From: a virus
Lineage: Duplodnaviria > Caudoviricetes
IMG/VR virus record: IMGVR_UViG_3300032073_000228
Location: 1-25,184 of that record
Reading direction: 5' to 3' (one strand)
DNA length: 25,184 nucleotides
Positions 1 to 9,102 of the stretch are shown piece by piece. Position numbers and translations under genes: made by a program. How positions within the stretch are numbered: the first letter of the stretch is position 1; every line of letters starts with the position of its first letter. The notes under the pieces were generated by a model that saw nothing but the letters and a program-made list of their open reading frames with translations, had not been told where the DNA came from and did no database searches.

Positions 1-849
1 TTGTTGTATCCTCGTCGTTTGAATTGGAAGAAGTTGACGCATGTGAAGTCTCAAACTCCTGACAGGTACGCTATTTTGTACCAGCAGGATGACGCTGACC
101 CTGCGAGTGTTCTTGTTGATCCTTTGTGGATTAGTGGTGGCACGGGTGATGATGGTGTTTTGTATCAGGGGTGTTGGGATAATGACCGTGATTTGTGGGA
201 GTTACCTAAGAATCTTCCTGGTGAAGTGATTATTGTCGCTACGGCTGATCCTTCTCCTAGTAAGTTTTGGGCTTTGCAGGTTTGGGCGTATGTCCCTGAG
301 TCTGGTTTCCGTTATTTGTTGGAGTCTTACCGTCAGAAGATGGATGCTCCTACGTTTTTGGATTGGAACCATGAGGAGGGTGTTTTCACTGGTATAGCTG
401 AGGAGTGGTGGCAGAGGTCAGCTGATATAGGGCGACCTATCAATTATTGGATAGTTGAGGCTAATGCAGCGCAAAAGTTTATTTTGCAATACGATCATTT
501 TAGGCGCTGGTCTGCTGAGAGGGCGGTTAATTTGATCCCTCATTACACTCATTCACGCAATAAGGGGGACCCTGACTATGGGGTGCAGATGCTTGCTCCT
601 CTGTACCGTCACGGGCGTGTGAGACTTCCTGGTAAACAACGTACCGAAGCCCGCCCACATGCACTACTATTAGTTAATGAAGTAACAAAATGGTCACCAG
701 ACGGTCATGGGTCAGCAACCGATGACTGTGTGATGGCTCAATGGTTTTTGGAGCATAATCTCCCTAACATTAGTTTGCCTAAAGGGAATGTAACTCCTTT
801 ATGGAGGCCATCATGGATAAAAGGAGAAGGTAAGTTTGAAGTCGCCTGA
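1..849 (+). CDS. terL: Terminase large subunit, C-terminal RNase H-like nuclease domain (5'-truncated by window edge)
   Basis: LYQQ motif ending the ATPase/linker; nuclease acidic motifs ATADPS, WIVEANAAQ and final DDCVMAQW; directly upstream of portal; frame open from base 1. Confidence 0.88.
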   Translation: MLYPRRLNWKKLTHVKSQTPDRYAILYQQDDADPASVLVDPLWISGGTGDDGVLYQGCWDNDRDLWELPKNLPGEVIIVATADPSPSKFWALQVWAYVPESGFRYLLESYRQKMDAPTFLDWNHEEGVFTGIAEEWWQRSADIGRPINYWIVEANAAQKFILQYDHFRRWSAERAVNLIPHYTHSRNKGDPDYGVQMLAPLYRHGRVRLPGKQRTEARPHALLLVNEVTKWSPDGHGSATDDCVMAQWFLEHNLPNISLPKGNVTPLWRPSWIKGEGKFEVA

Positions 850-2587
850 AGAAATCATAGGTCTTCTTAGAGAAAGGGAATCAAATCTTGAGCCTGGTTT
901 CGCACGTATGCGTCGTGTGAGAGCAGCTTATGATGGAGATATTGTAGTTCCTTTACCTGAGCTTGATGACAACGAACAGGTAGCTGTAGCTAATCTGTTA
1001 GCTCAAGGTTTGGATCAGACAGCAATGAGAATTTCGTCTGTGATGCCTGATGTTGTAATGCCTCCGATTAAAGACGATCAGAAGCAAGCTGAGAAACGTG
1101 CAAGTGTTAGACGCAGGGCTGTGTTGGGCTGGTGGCAACATAACCGTATGGATATCAAATTGTCGAAACGTGCCAGGCACATGCTTGGTTACGCATCTTC
1201 TCCTGTTTCGTTAAGGTTTAATTCTAAGTTGGGTGTGCCTGAGTGGACTGTTAGAGATCCGTTGACGACTTTCCCAGCTCCTCTTTTCGGTCCTGATGAC
1301 ATGGCTCCTTATGACACAATTTTTACTTATGAACGGACTTACGACTGGTTGATGGACAATTACCCTGACCATGCTTTTAAACTCCGGCATAAAGATACTA
1401 AAGGGTCTGACTTGTATCAGCTTGTTGAATACTGTGACCCTGAAGAAACTGTTCTTTTAGCTGTTGGTAGAGATATACAACAGGGTTCTAGTTGGAATCG
1501 TAACGCTGATTATTCTCCTCCTTTAGCGGAGTTGGAACGTAGCGTTAATCGTGCAGGCATTTGCCCTGTTGTTATTGCTGGCAGAGTTAATTTGGATCAG
1601 CCTCAAGGACAGTTCGATCAGATGCTTGGCATGTATCAGATGCAAGCCAAGTTGATGGCTTTAGAAGTTTTAGCTGTGCAGAAAGGTATTTTCCCTGACA
1701 GTTGGCTTGTAGCTAATCCAGGTGAGACACCTCAAATTATTAACACAGCTAATGGTTTGACTGGTGAGGTTGGGATTCTTAAAGGCGGTCAATTAAAAGA
1801 CACTGTTGTAAACCCTGGGTTTATGACTAACCCGACTATCGACAGGTTGGAAAGGGGTCAGCGTTTAACTGCTGGTATTCCTTCCGAGTTTGGCGGTGAG
1901 TCCGGTTCTAATATCCGAACGGGTCGTCGAGGTGAAGCGGTTCTTTCAGCGGTTGTTGATTTTCCTGTTCAGGAAGCTCAACGTATGATCGCAGCTTCTT
2001 TGGAAGTTGAGAACAAACGTGCTATTGCTTTGATGAAAGCGTATGCGGGTAATAAACCTAAGTCGTTTTATGTAACGATGAAAGGTGCTAAAGGCGTTGT
2101 TGATTACACGCCTAATAAAGATTTTGAAACTGATGAGAACCATGTTGTTTATTCTCACAGTGGTGCCGACATCAACAATTTGGTTATCGGTGCCGGTCAG
2201 AGGATAGGTATGGGAACTATGTCTAAGCGTTCTTTCATGCAGATAGACCCGATGGTTGATGATGCTGAACATGAACATGACGCTGTGATAGCTGAGAATT
2301 TGGAACAGGCTTTGTTGGTCAGTATCCAAACTCAAGCTTCGCAAGGTTCTATACCTCCTAATGATCTAGCTCGTATCACTGAACTTGTTAGAACAGATAA
2401 AGCAGAATTAGCTGATGCTGTTCAGAAGGTTCAAGAAGAAGCACAGCAAAGGCAAGCGTCTGAGGCACCAGCTGGTTCCCCTGAAACTATGCCTGGGTTA
2501 GCTCAAGAAGGTGTAGGTGCTGAACAAGCGGTTGCATCTGCTGGTGGGCGACCTGCTTTGCGTGATCTGTTAGCACAGGTGGGATAA
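836..2587 (+). CDS. Portal (head-tail connector) protein
   Basis: 583 aa directly after terL; helical N-terminus, VRDP/beta-rich wing, clip-like segment followed by SGSNIRTG-type tunnel loop, low-complexity Q/A/P/G C-terminal tail; AAGGAG upstream. Confidence 0.85.
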   Translation: MKSPEEIIGLLRERESNLEPGFARMRRVRAAYDGDIVVPLPELDDNEQVAVANLLAQGLDQTAMRISSVMPDVVMPPIKDDQKQAEKRASVRRRAVLGWWQHNRMDIKLSKRARHMLGYASSPVSLRFNSKLGVPEWTVRDPLTTFPAPLFGPDDMAPYDTIFTYERTYDWLMDNYPDHAFKLRHKDTKGSDLYQLVEYCDPEETVLLAVGRDIQQGSSWNRNADYSPPLAELERSVNRAGICPVVIAGRVNLDQPQGQFDQMLGMYQMQAKLMALEVLAVQKGIFPDSWLVANPGETPQIINTANGLTGEVGILKGGQLKDTVVNPGFMTNPTIDRLERGQRLTAGIPSEFGGESGSNIRTGRRGEAVLSAVVDFPVQEAQRMIAASLEVENKRAIALMKAYAGNKPKSFYVTMKGAKGVVDYTPNKDFETDENHVVYSHSGADINNLVIGAGQRIGMGTMSKRSFMQIDPMVDDAEHEHDAVIAENLEQALLVSIQTQASQGSIPPNDLARITELVRTDKAELADAVQKVQEEAQQRQASEAPAGSPETMPGLAQEGVGAEQAVASAGGRPALRDLLAQVG

Positions 2588-2952
2588 TGCCAAGAAAAGT
2601 TAAATCGAAACAAACGTATGGCGAGCGCAAGAAACAAGAAGATGCTATGGATGTTGTGCCTATGCACGAAGAGCCTTCTGTTAGGAAGCCTCCGATAACA
2701 CCTGGCGGTCCTGGTTCTTTTGTAAGACCAACGGAACGACCAATGGAACCTATAACATCTGGTGTAGCTTCCGGTCCAGGTATGGGTGTTCGACCTCCAC
2801 GGGCTGTTGTTAAAAAACAAGAAGAGGAAACATCTGCTAGGTTGATTGCTTTTCAACCCTTGCTGGAAGAGTTAGCTGCTTTACCAGGCGCGGGAGTGGA
2901 AACTAAAAGATTTGTAAACAAGTTAAGAGTTAAGAACAATCAGGTCTTTTAA
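2587..2952 (+). CDS. Hypothetical Pro/Gly-rich protein (possible minor virion/ejection protein)
   Basis: 121 aa, TAATG-coupled at both ends; PTERPMEPITSGVASGPGMG segment. Confidence 0.6.
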   Translation: MPRKVKSKQTYGERKKQEDAMDVVPMHEEPSVRKPPITPGGPGSFVRPTERPMEPITSGVASGPGMGVRPPRAVVKKQEEETSARLIAFQPLLEELAALPGAGVETKRFVNKLRVKNNQVF

Positions 2953-5900
2953 TGTCCTTTATTAGCAGAATAAGAGAGATTGCTGGTGCAGCTGGTAAAG
3001 CCGGTGGGGATCTTGCAGGGTTTGTTGGTGATTTAGTAACTGCTCCTTTTGTAGAAGATGAGTTTGAAAGAGTTTGGCCTACTGTTAAAGGTATAGCGGG
3101 TAAGCGTTTTTTAGGTAACCAAGAATACGGTCCTGGTTATGTTCCTCACATGATAGGACCGGAAGGTGTTATAGGTGAGGTTATAGAAGGTCTTCCTGAA
3201 GGTTTACGTGAAGGCGGGAATGAACTTTTTGATGTGTGGGATGACGCTTACAGAGAAATAGCTAGACTCCCAACTACTGTTTTAACGGCAACAAGTCTCG
3301 CTCAATCAAGAGGTGATTTCACTGGTTTGTTTGATGAAGGCACTTGGAAAGATGCTTGGCAGATAGCTGACCCAGGTTGGGATAATGATGAGAAAGAATA
3401 CCCGACTTTAGGTAAAGCGTTGTCTTATCTTTTAGCTGGTGTGGACATTCTTGATGAAGACGAAAAAGTTCGGCATGAAGGCACCACATGGCATAAATTT
3501 GTTTCTGGGACAACTGACGCTGTATCAATAATAGCTTTAGACCCTACGGTTCTTGGCGGTAAAGCTGTGTTAGCTGTTCGTGGTGGAGGGAACCTGGGTT
3601 TAATTGCATCCAAGTTGGGTGTGCCTGGTACACGCGCGACTATGAATGTTGCTCAGAAGCATCGGCAAAGCGGGGTTTATGATCGTCTAGTTGCTAAACC
3701 TTACCTCAAGTTCAAAATGGGTAAAGCCAAAATGGATGAAGCTAGTGAATTGATTGAAGCGAATGTTAAAGGTCAGCCTTACAAACTTGTTTTGTCTCCC
3801 CGTGATGTGATGTTAGCTGGTGGTAAAAAGAACGTTCAAAAAAATCTAAGTGTTGGAGTTGCTAGAAGGGAACGATATTTCCGTCAAGACGGCAGGTTTG
3901 ATCGTCTTTTAGGAAGTATTGATAATACGGTAGATAATGTTTCTGATGAGGCTATTCGAGCGCATGTGACTGGAACTAAGAAACTTCCTTTAACTCCTAC
4001 AGCTTTGAATGACGCTAAGATTGAAATAGCAGCTACTAAAATTCGTCAAAGGTTTTTTAAAGACAACCCTCACGGTGCGACTATCGCACGACTTTTAACT
4101 TACGCTCAGAAAGGTCATTCTTCTTTTGGTGGGGCTAGAGGAAGAGCAATATCAGAAGATGTTATGCGTTTCTTTTTGGGTGACAATACTTCCATAGCGA
4201 GACTTTCAAGAGTCAATACTGACGTTGCGAATATGTTAAAAGGAATTTATGTAGCTGGTGGGACTGTTAAGCAGGGTGTTGTCCCTGGCATGGTTGGCGC
4301 TAGAGCTAATCAGTCTCGAATAATAAATGAGCTTATGCCTCCTCAGTTGCCAACTCACACTGATGAACTTGGTGACATGGCGGGGATGTGGAAAACATTG
4401 GATGATATGGCTTCACCTGGTGCGTTTAATCCTTTAGGCAGGTTGGGTTTAGATCCTATTCGTCAAACATATTGGTTCACTAATAGTGTTACTGGTAAGC
4501 CTTTCCGTTGGGTGATGGATAAGCGCGCTCATTCTCATGTTCTTTTTGCTGATCCTAATTCGGATCGGATGATTGAAAGAATGTTGAAACAGGCGAAAGT
4601 TGAGCCTGATAAGATTCAAGTCATTTTAACTAAATGGAATGGGTTGGATGAAGCTGGTAGGCGCAGATATTGGGAACAGCTTATTGATGAAACTATTGAC
4701 AGTGTTTTACAAAAACATTCCAAGAAACATATTTTTAAAAGTAAAGATGAGTGGGTAGCTGCGGGTAATAAAGCTAGTGATTACAAAGATCACAGAGCAA
4801 TGATTAAAGATCTTAAAAACCGAATCTTTGAAGATTACAAACGCAGTTCACGCCACGCTTTAGATGATTTAACTAAACACAAGGTTGGTAGGGCGCTTAT
4901 TGAACGGCTTGATGACGGTTCGGTCAGTGCAACTCAAATGGGTACATCAGTTCCTGGGGTTTCTAAGTATGCTGAAGCAGATACTTTGAGTCTTTTAAAG
5001 ACAGCTCAAACTCCTGAGCGTATGGCTGATGTAGGGCTTATCCCAGATTTCACTCGGTTTAATCGTTCTGTTAGACGTACTGCTTCTAAAACGCCTATTG
5101 AAGTTTGGCGAACTATTGATGGGATGGATAATCTTTTACAACGCTTTTCCAACTTTTTTAAACCATCAGTTTTATTAAACCCTAAATGGCCTATGAGAGT
5201 TGTCGGAGAAGAACAGTTAAGAATGTCAGCTGTGATAGGCGGTCCTGATGCGTTGTGGAATCTTTTATTAAACCGTCGCAATGCTCAAGAAGCTGTTTTA
5301 AGAAACCTTTTAACTGATAAACAGATACTTGGGATAGCGGGAGATATGCCTAAAAAAGAATTAGAAAAAGGTTTAAGACAAATTCTTTTCGGTGACAACA
5401 GAGTGGTTAATAGAAGAATGGTTCTTTCGGGTTCTTTAGGATTTTTAGTTGCAGGTGTTCCTGGTGCTGTAGTGGCTCCTATGTTGTCGAGAGCTAGAAA
5501 TGCCAGAATAGTTTCACGGATGGCAAAACCATTGAGGGAGAAACAAACTATTAAAGACATGGTTGTAGCAGGAGATAAAAATGCTGCTAATGCTTTAATG
5601 GAAGCACCAGGTTTTGAGAATCTTCAAATTTTAGGTATTGATGTTGAACGTGCTTTTGGTAATCCTCTTACTCCTTTAAGAGAATGGGAAAATGCTGTAG
5701 GTGCAAATCGTGGCATGTCTTATATGTTGGATCAAGCTGGTAGTGATTTTAAATCAGGGAACATAGAATTTCTTGGAGACTGGGATCTGGTTATTAAACC
5801 TCCTTCGAGAGCAGATTTGCTTAATAATCCTCAAAAAGCAGAAGTATATGCTCAATGGTATGAGAGAGTTTTAAACGATCAATATGGCAGATCGAAGTAT

Positions 5901-8234
5901 TCGAGGATGTTTTGGGATGATACTAAAACAAACGATGACATTGTAGCGTTTTTAGAATCACCTGAAGGTAAACAAACTTTAGAAGAAATGGGTCTTGTTG
6001 ATACTGAGGCAGAACAACTGCTTGATTGGGTAGAAGCAACTAGAGAATTTACAGATAGGTTGTTACCTCCAATAAACGAATTAGCTAACGTTAGACGGGC
6101 TTTAAGTAACGGGAACCGAATTGAGTTACGTCAAGTTATTGATGCTCTTGGTGGTGATAAAGGAATTAAAGCTGTTAGACCCTCACACAGATTAACCCCT
6201 AAGCAGAAAATTAAATTGCAACAATCGGGCGCTCCTGCTGAAGCAGAAAATCTTAGATGGTATGACATTTTAGGTGGAGTTCATAAACAAGAAGAAATTA
6301 CTTATTCCGGTATGTTAAACGGTTTGTTCAAAAAAACTTTAGACAAAGGTATTCAAAGACTTGGAGGTTTATACACAACACAACTTTCACGGCATCCATT
6401 GTTCAGAGCAGTTTATGAAGCTGAAATGAAATCTAAGCTTGTTAATTTAGCGATTGACCCTGGTACGGGATTGTTTACTATTTCTGAAGAAGCATTGAAA
6501 GCTATGGAAAACAGTTCCCGTGTTACAGCTCTTAAAGCTGTTGAAGATGTTATGTATAACCTTGCGGAACAAAGCAATTTTGCTGAATCGACTAGACATT
6601 TCTTTCCTTTCTTTAACGCATGGCAAGAAGTGTTGACAAGGTGGGTGGGGTTTACGATGGACAATCCTGCGTTTGTGTCAAAGGTTGCTGTCACATATCG
6701 TGAAGCTGCTGGTTTACCTACTTACACTGACCCTGAAGGTAAAGAACATTGGGTGTTGCATGTGCCAGAGGAAATGCGAGAAGTGTTATCTAAGAGTCCT
6801 TTATTCGGGGACATTATGGAATGGTGGGAGGGTGAACTTTATTTAAATAAAGCTGGTATAAATATGATTACCACAGGTTTACCTGGGGCTATGCCAACTT
6901 TTACTTTTTCTGTAAGTCAACTAGCTAGGAAAAGACCTGATGTTGGCGAATATGTTGATTTCATGTTTCCTTATGGGTTTATTCCTCCCCGTGACGGATC
7001 TGGGCTATTTGGAGAAATGGAAGCTTTTGCTAAAGGTTCTGCACCAGCTTGGGGCAGATCGTTGTATACAGCCGTGCAAGGTTGGTTTAAAGATGCCGGT
7101 GTTGATGTTGACCTTTGGAATGACAGAACCTATAAGAGCATGATGGCTAACATCACACAAGTTTGGATAGTTGAAATGAATGAAGGTGAAAGAGAACTTG
7201 TAGATTTTCAAGATCCAGCGCAATACAGCGCGTTCATTAAAGATGTTGAACATGCCGCTAGGTCGTCGCTGATGCTTTTAACTATCGCTAAAGCAACAAC
7301 TCCTACTGCTATAAGATTTGCTAGTCCATATCAAAAATGGATAGATATGGCTAGACGTTTTTACAATGAAAATCCTGATACAGCTGATGATCGTTTCATG
7401 GAAGAGTTGATGAAGGAAGACATGGAAGATAGTTTTTGGTTTCTTACAGCCAGGTCAACTCAATCTTTGGAAGGGCTACCTCCAACATTACCAGCTTGGG
7501 AAACGAGAGAAGAATTTAAACCTTACTTTGAAAAATATCCTGAGTTGGGAGCAATTATTTTAGGGTTGGAAACTACTGGTGGGGTAAAAGCTCGCGCTGA
7601 TTTTTCACAGTTTGTTTATCAAAATCAAAAACAAGAAGAAACTTTTTATGGTAGCGGTGAAGAACAACGTAAATCTTTAACCCAATTAGAATACATTCTT
7701 CAACCTGATATTCGTGAAGGTTGGTCAAAATACAGAATGATTAACGATAAGTATTATGCCATTTTAGATGACATGACAGGTGATGATGGTTTACCTGTTC
7801 CGAATATGAATGTGACCGCAGCTAGAGCTATTAAAAATTTAAGAGATGACGAAATAAAATTGCTTCAAGAAGAAAACCCTGTTTGGGCTGAAGATTTTGC
7901 AGAGAAAAATTTTGACGACGGAAAGTTTTTTGAAGGTTTAAGAAAACTTGTTGACGATCCAGTGATGGCAGGCAGAGTTGATATTCAGTTAATAGGTGAA
8001 TACTTAGATTTAAGAGATGGTTTCACTGAGATGCTTAAAAATAATCATGTTAGTGGAAAGTCTATTCAAATAGATGCAAGTGATAATAAGGTTATCAAAG
8101 GATTGTGGGATGAAAACATTGCTAATATGGTTGCTAGCAACCCTGCTTTTAGAGACATTTGGCTTAGATGGTTTGAATTTGACATGATGGAACCCGAAAC
8201 TTGGACACCTGCACAACGAAAGGTGTATGAATAA
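2952..8234 (+). CDS. Large internal virion/DNA-ejection protein (putative)
   Basis: 1760 aa, mostly helical; Gly/Ala-rich hydrophobic segments (IIALDPTVLGG; MVLSGSLGFLVAGVPGAVVAPML); FFPFFNAWQE motif reminiscent of large podoviral internal/polyvalent proteins; lies in the structural operon. Confidence 0.65.
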   Translation: MSFISRIREIAGAAGKAGGDLAGFVGDLVTAPFVEDEFERVWPTVKGIAGKRFLGNQEYGPGYVPHMIGPEGVIGEVIEGLPEGLREGGNELFDVWDDAYREIARLPTTVLTATSLAQSRGDFTGLFDEGTWKDAWQIADPGWDNDEKEYPTLGKALSYLLAGVDILDEDEKVRHEGTTWHKFVSGTTDAVSIIALDPTVLGGKAVLAVRGGGNLGLIASKLGVPGTRATMNVAQKHRQSGVYDRLVAKPYLKFKMGKAKMDEASELIEANVKGQPYKLVLSPRDVMLAGGKKNVQKNLSVGVARRERYFRQDGRFDRLLGSIDNTVDNVSDEAIRAHVTGTKKLPLTPTALNDAKIEIAATKIRQRFFKDNPHGATIARLLTYAQKGHSSFGGARGRAISEDVMRFFLGDNTSIARLSRVNTDVANMLKGIYVAGGTVKQGVVPGMVGARANQSRIINELMPPQLPTHTDELGDMAGMWKTLDDMASPGAFNPLGRLGLDPIRQTYWFTNSVTGKPFRWVMDKRAHSHVLFADPNSDRMIERMLKQAKVEPDKIQVILTKWNGLDEAGRRRYWEQLIDETIDSVLQKHSKKHIFKSKDEWVAAGNKASDYKDHRAMIKDLKNRIFEDYKRSSRHALDDLTKHKVGRALIERLDDGSVSATQMGTSVPGVSKYAEADTLSLLKTAQTPERMADVGLIPDFTRFNRSVRRTASKTPIEVWRTIDGMDNLLQRFSNFFKPSVLLNPKWPMRVVGEEQLRMSAVIGGPDALWNLLLNRRNAQEAVLRNLLTDKQILGIAGDMPKKELEKGLRQILFGDNRVVNRRMVLSGSLGFLVAGVPGAVVAPMLSRARNARIVSRMAKPLREKQTIKDMVVAGDKNAANALMEAPGFENLQILGIDVERAFGNPLTPLREWENAVGANRGMSYMLDQAGSDFKSGNIEFLGDWDLVIKPPSRADLLNNPQKAEVYAQWYERVLNDQYGRSKYSRMFWDDTKTNDDIVAFLESPEGKQTLEEMGLVDTEAEQLLDWVEATREFTDRLLPPINELANVRRALSNGNRIELRQVIDALGGDKGIKAVRPSHRLTPKQKIKLQQSGAPAEAENLRWYDILGGVHKQEEITYSGMLNGLFKKTLDKGIQRLGGLYTTQLSRHPLFRAVYEAEMKSKLVNLAIDPGTGLFTISEEALKAMENSSRVTALKAVEDVMYNLAEQSNFAESTRHFFPFFNAWQEVLTRWVGFTMDNPAFVSKVAVTYREAAGLPTYTDPEGKEHWVLHVPEEMREVLSKSPLFGDIMEWWEGELYLNKAGINMITTGLPGAMPTFTFSVSQLARKRPDVGEYVDFMFPYGFIPPRDGSGLFGEMEAFAKGSAPAWGRSLYTAVQGWFKDAGVDVDLWNDRTYKSMMANITQVWIVEMNEGERELVDFQDPAQYSAFIKDVEHAARSSLMLLTIAKATTPTAIRFASPYQKWIDMARRFYNENPDTADDRFMEELMKEDMEDSFWFLTARSTQSLEGLPPTLPAWETREEFKPYFEKYPELGAIILGLETTGGVKARADFSQFVYQNQKQEETFYGSGEEQRKSLTQLEYILQPDIREGWSKYRMINDKYYAILDDMTGDDGLPVPNMNVTAARAIKNLRDDEIKLLQEENPVWAEDFAEKNFDDGKFFEGLRKLVDDPVMAGRVDIQLIGEYLDLRDGFTEMLKNNHVSGKSIQIDASDNKVIKGLWDENIANMVASNPAFRDIWLRWFEFDMMEPETWTPAQRKVYE

Positions 8235-9100
8235 TGGAAACGACCTGGACAGCTCCTAATGGTGATGTGGTTACAGACCCTACCAGTGTTTTAACAGAAG
8301 AACAATTAGAGTTTTTGTATGGCGAGTATGGTTTAAACGCTAATTTGATGATAAATAATGCTTATGATGTAGCTCTCGTAAATGCAGATTCATTGGGAGT
8401 AGACGCTGATGATTTTGCTCAGACCAAGATATTTCAATTATATAACGATTCGATGGTAGGTGTAGATCCTAAACAAACTTGGTCACAAATAGAATGGTAC
8501 ATATTTAACAACACAGATTTCACAGGTGAAACCGAAATAGGAGGGACAGGGGTAACTGTTCAAAATCAATACGAACACTATTTTGATTTAGAAGATAATA
8601 AACCGGAAGAGTTTCGTGAATTGCATGAAACACTTTTTGCTAACGGTTTTTACGGTCAAGGTGCTAGTGAAGAATCTATGAACAATAAGACAGCTTCAAC
8701 TAATGCTTTTCATAACGCGATCAACGAGCTTGTAGCCAGAGGTAAAGTTCCTATAGCTCAAGACTTTGACCAAGAAGCGATGCAAGTTTCGTATTCTTTT
8801 AAACATTTAGGTGTTGAACCTTTTGAGGGGGTAACAAAAGATACTCCTGTTTGGACAGACGATTTTATACATAACATGGGTGACCAGGCGGGTCAAAGAG
8901 TTTTTGGCAGGGATCTCTCTAACCAGGAACGTGAGTTGACTTTAAGTTTGGTTCGAGGTTTGGAAAGCGATGACACTTATCAGGGTCCTTCGGCTGCTGA
9001 TATTGATGCTGCTTTGGAGGAGAGTAACCCTGTTGAGGCTAAGACTATGGATATGTCTGGTGTGTTGCAAAACTTTGCTTCTTTAGTGAGAGGTCGATAA
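8234..9100 (+). CDS. Hypothetical acidic virion-associated protein
   Basis: 288 aa, TAATG-coupled; segment RELHETLFANGFYG weakly resembles a peptidoglycan-binding helix pair. Confidence 0.6.
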   Translation: METTWTAPNGDVVTDPTSVLTEEQLEFLYGEYGLNANLMINNAYDVALVNADSLGVDADDFAQTKIFQLYNDSMVGVDPKQTWSQIEWYIFNNTDFTGETEIGGTGVTVQNQYEHYFDLEDNKPEEFRELHETLFANGFYGQGASEESMNNKTASTNAFHNAINELVARGKVPIAQDFDQEAMQVSYSFKHLGVEPFEGVTKDTPVWTDDFIHNMGDQAGQRVFGRDLSNQERELTLSLVRGLESDDTYQGPSAADIDAALEESNPVEAKTMDMSGVLQNFASLVRGR

Positions 9101-9102
9101 AT

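Noticed and set aside
2952-8234. Tape measure protein or virion RNA polymerase
   Set aside because: No periodic Trp/Phe tape-measure repeats, no adjacent tail tube/chaperone genes, no polymerase catalytic motifs recognised
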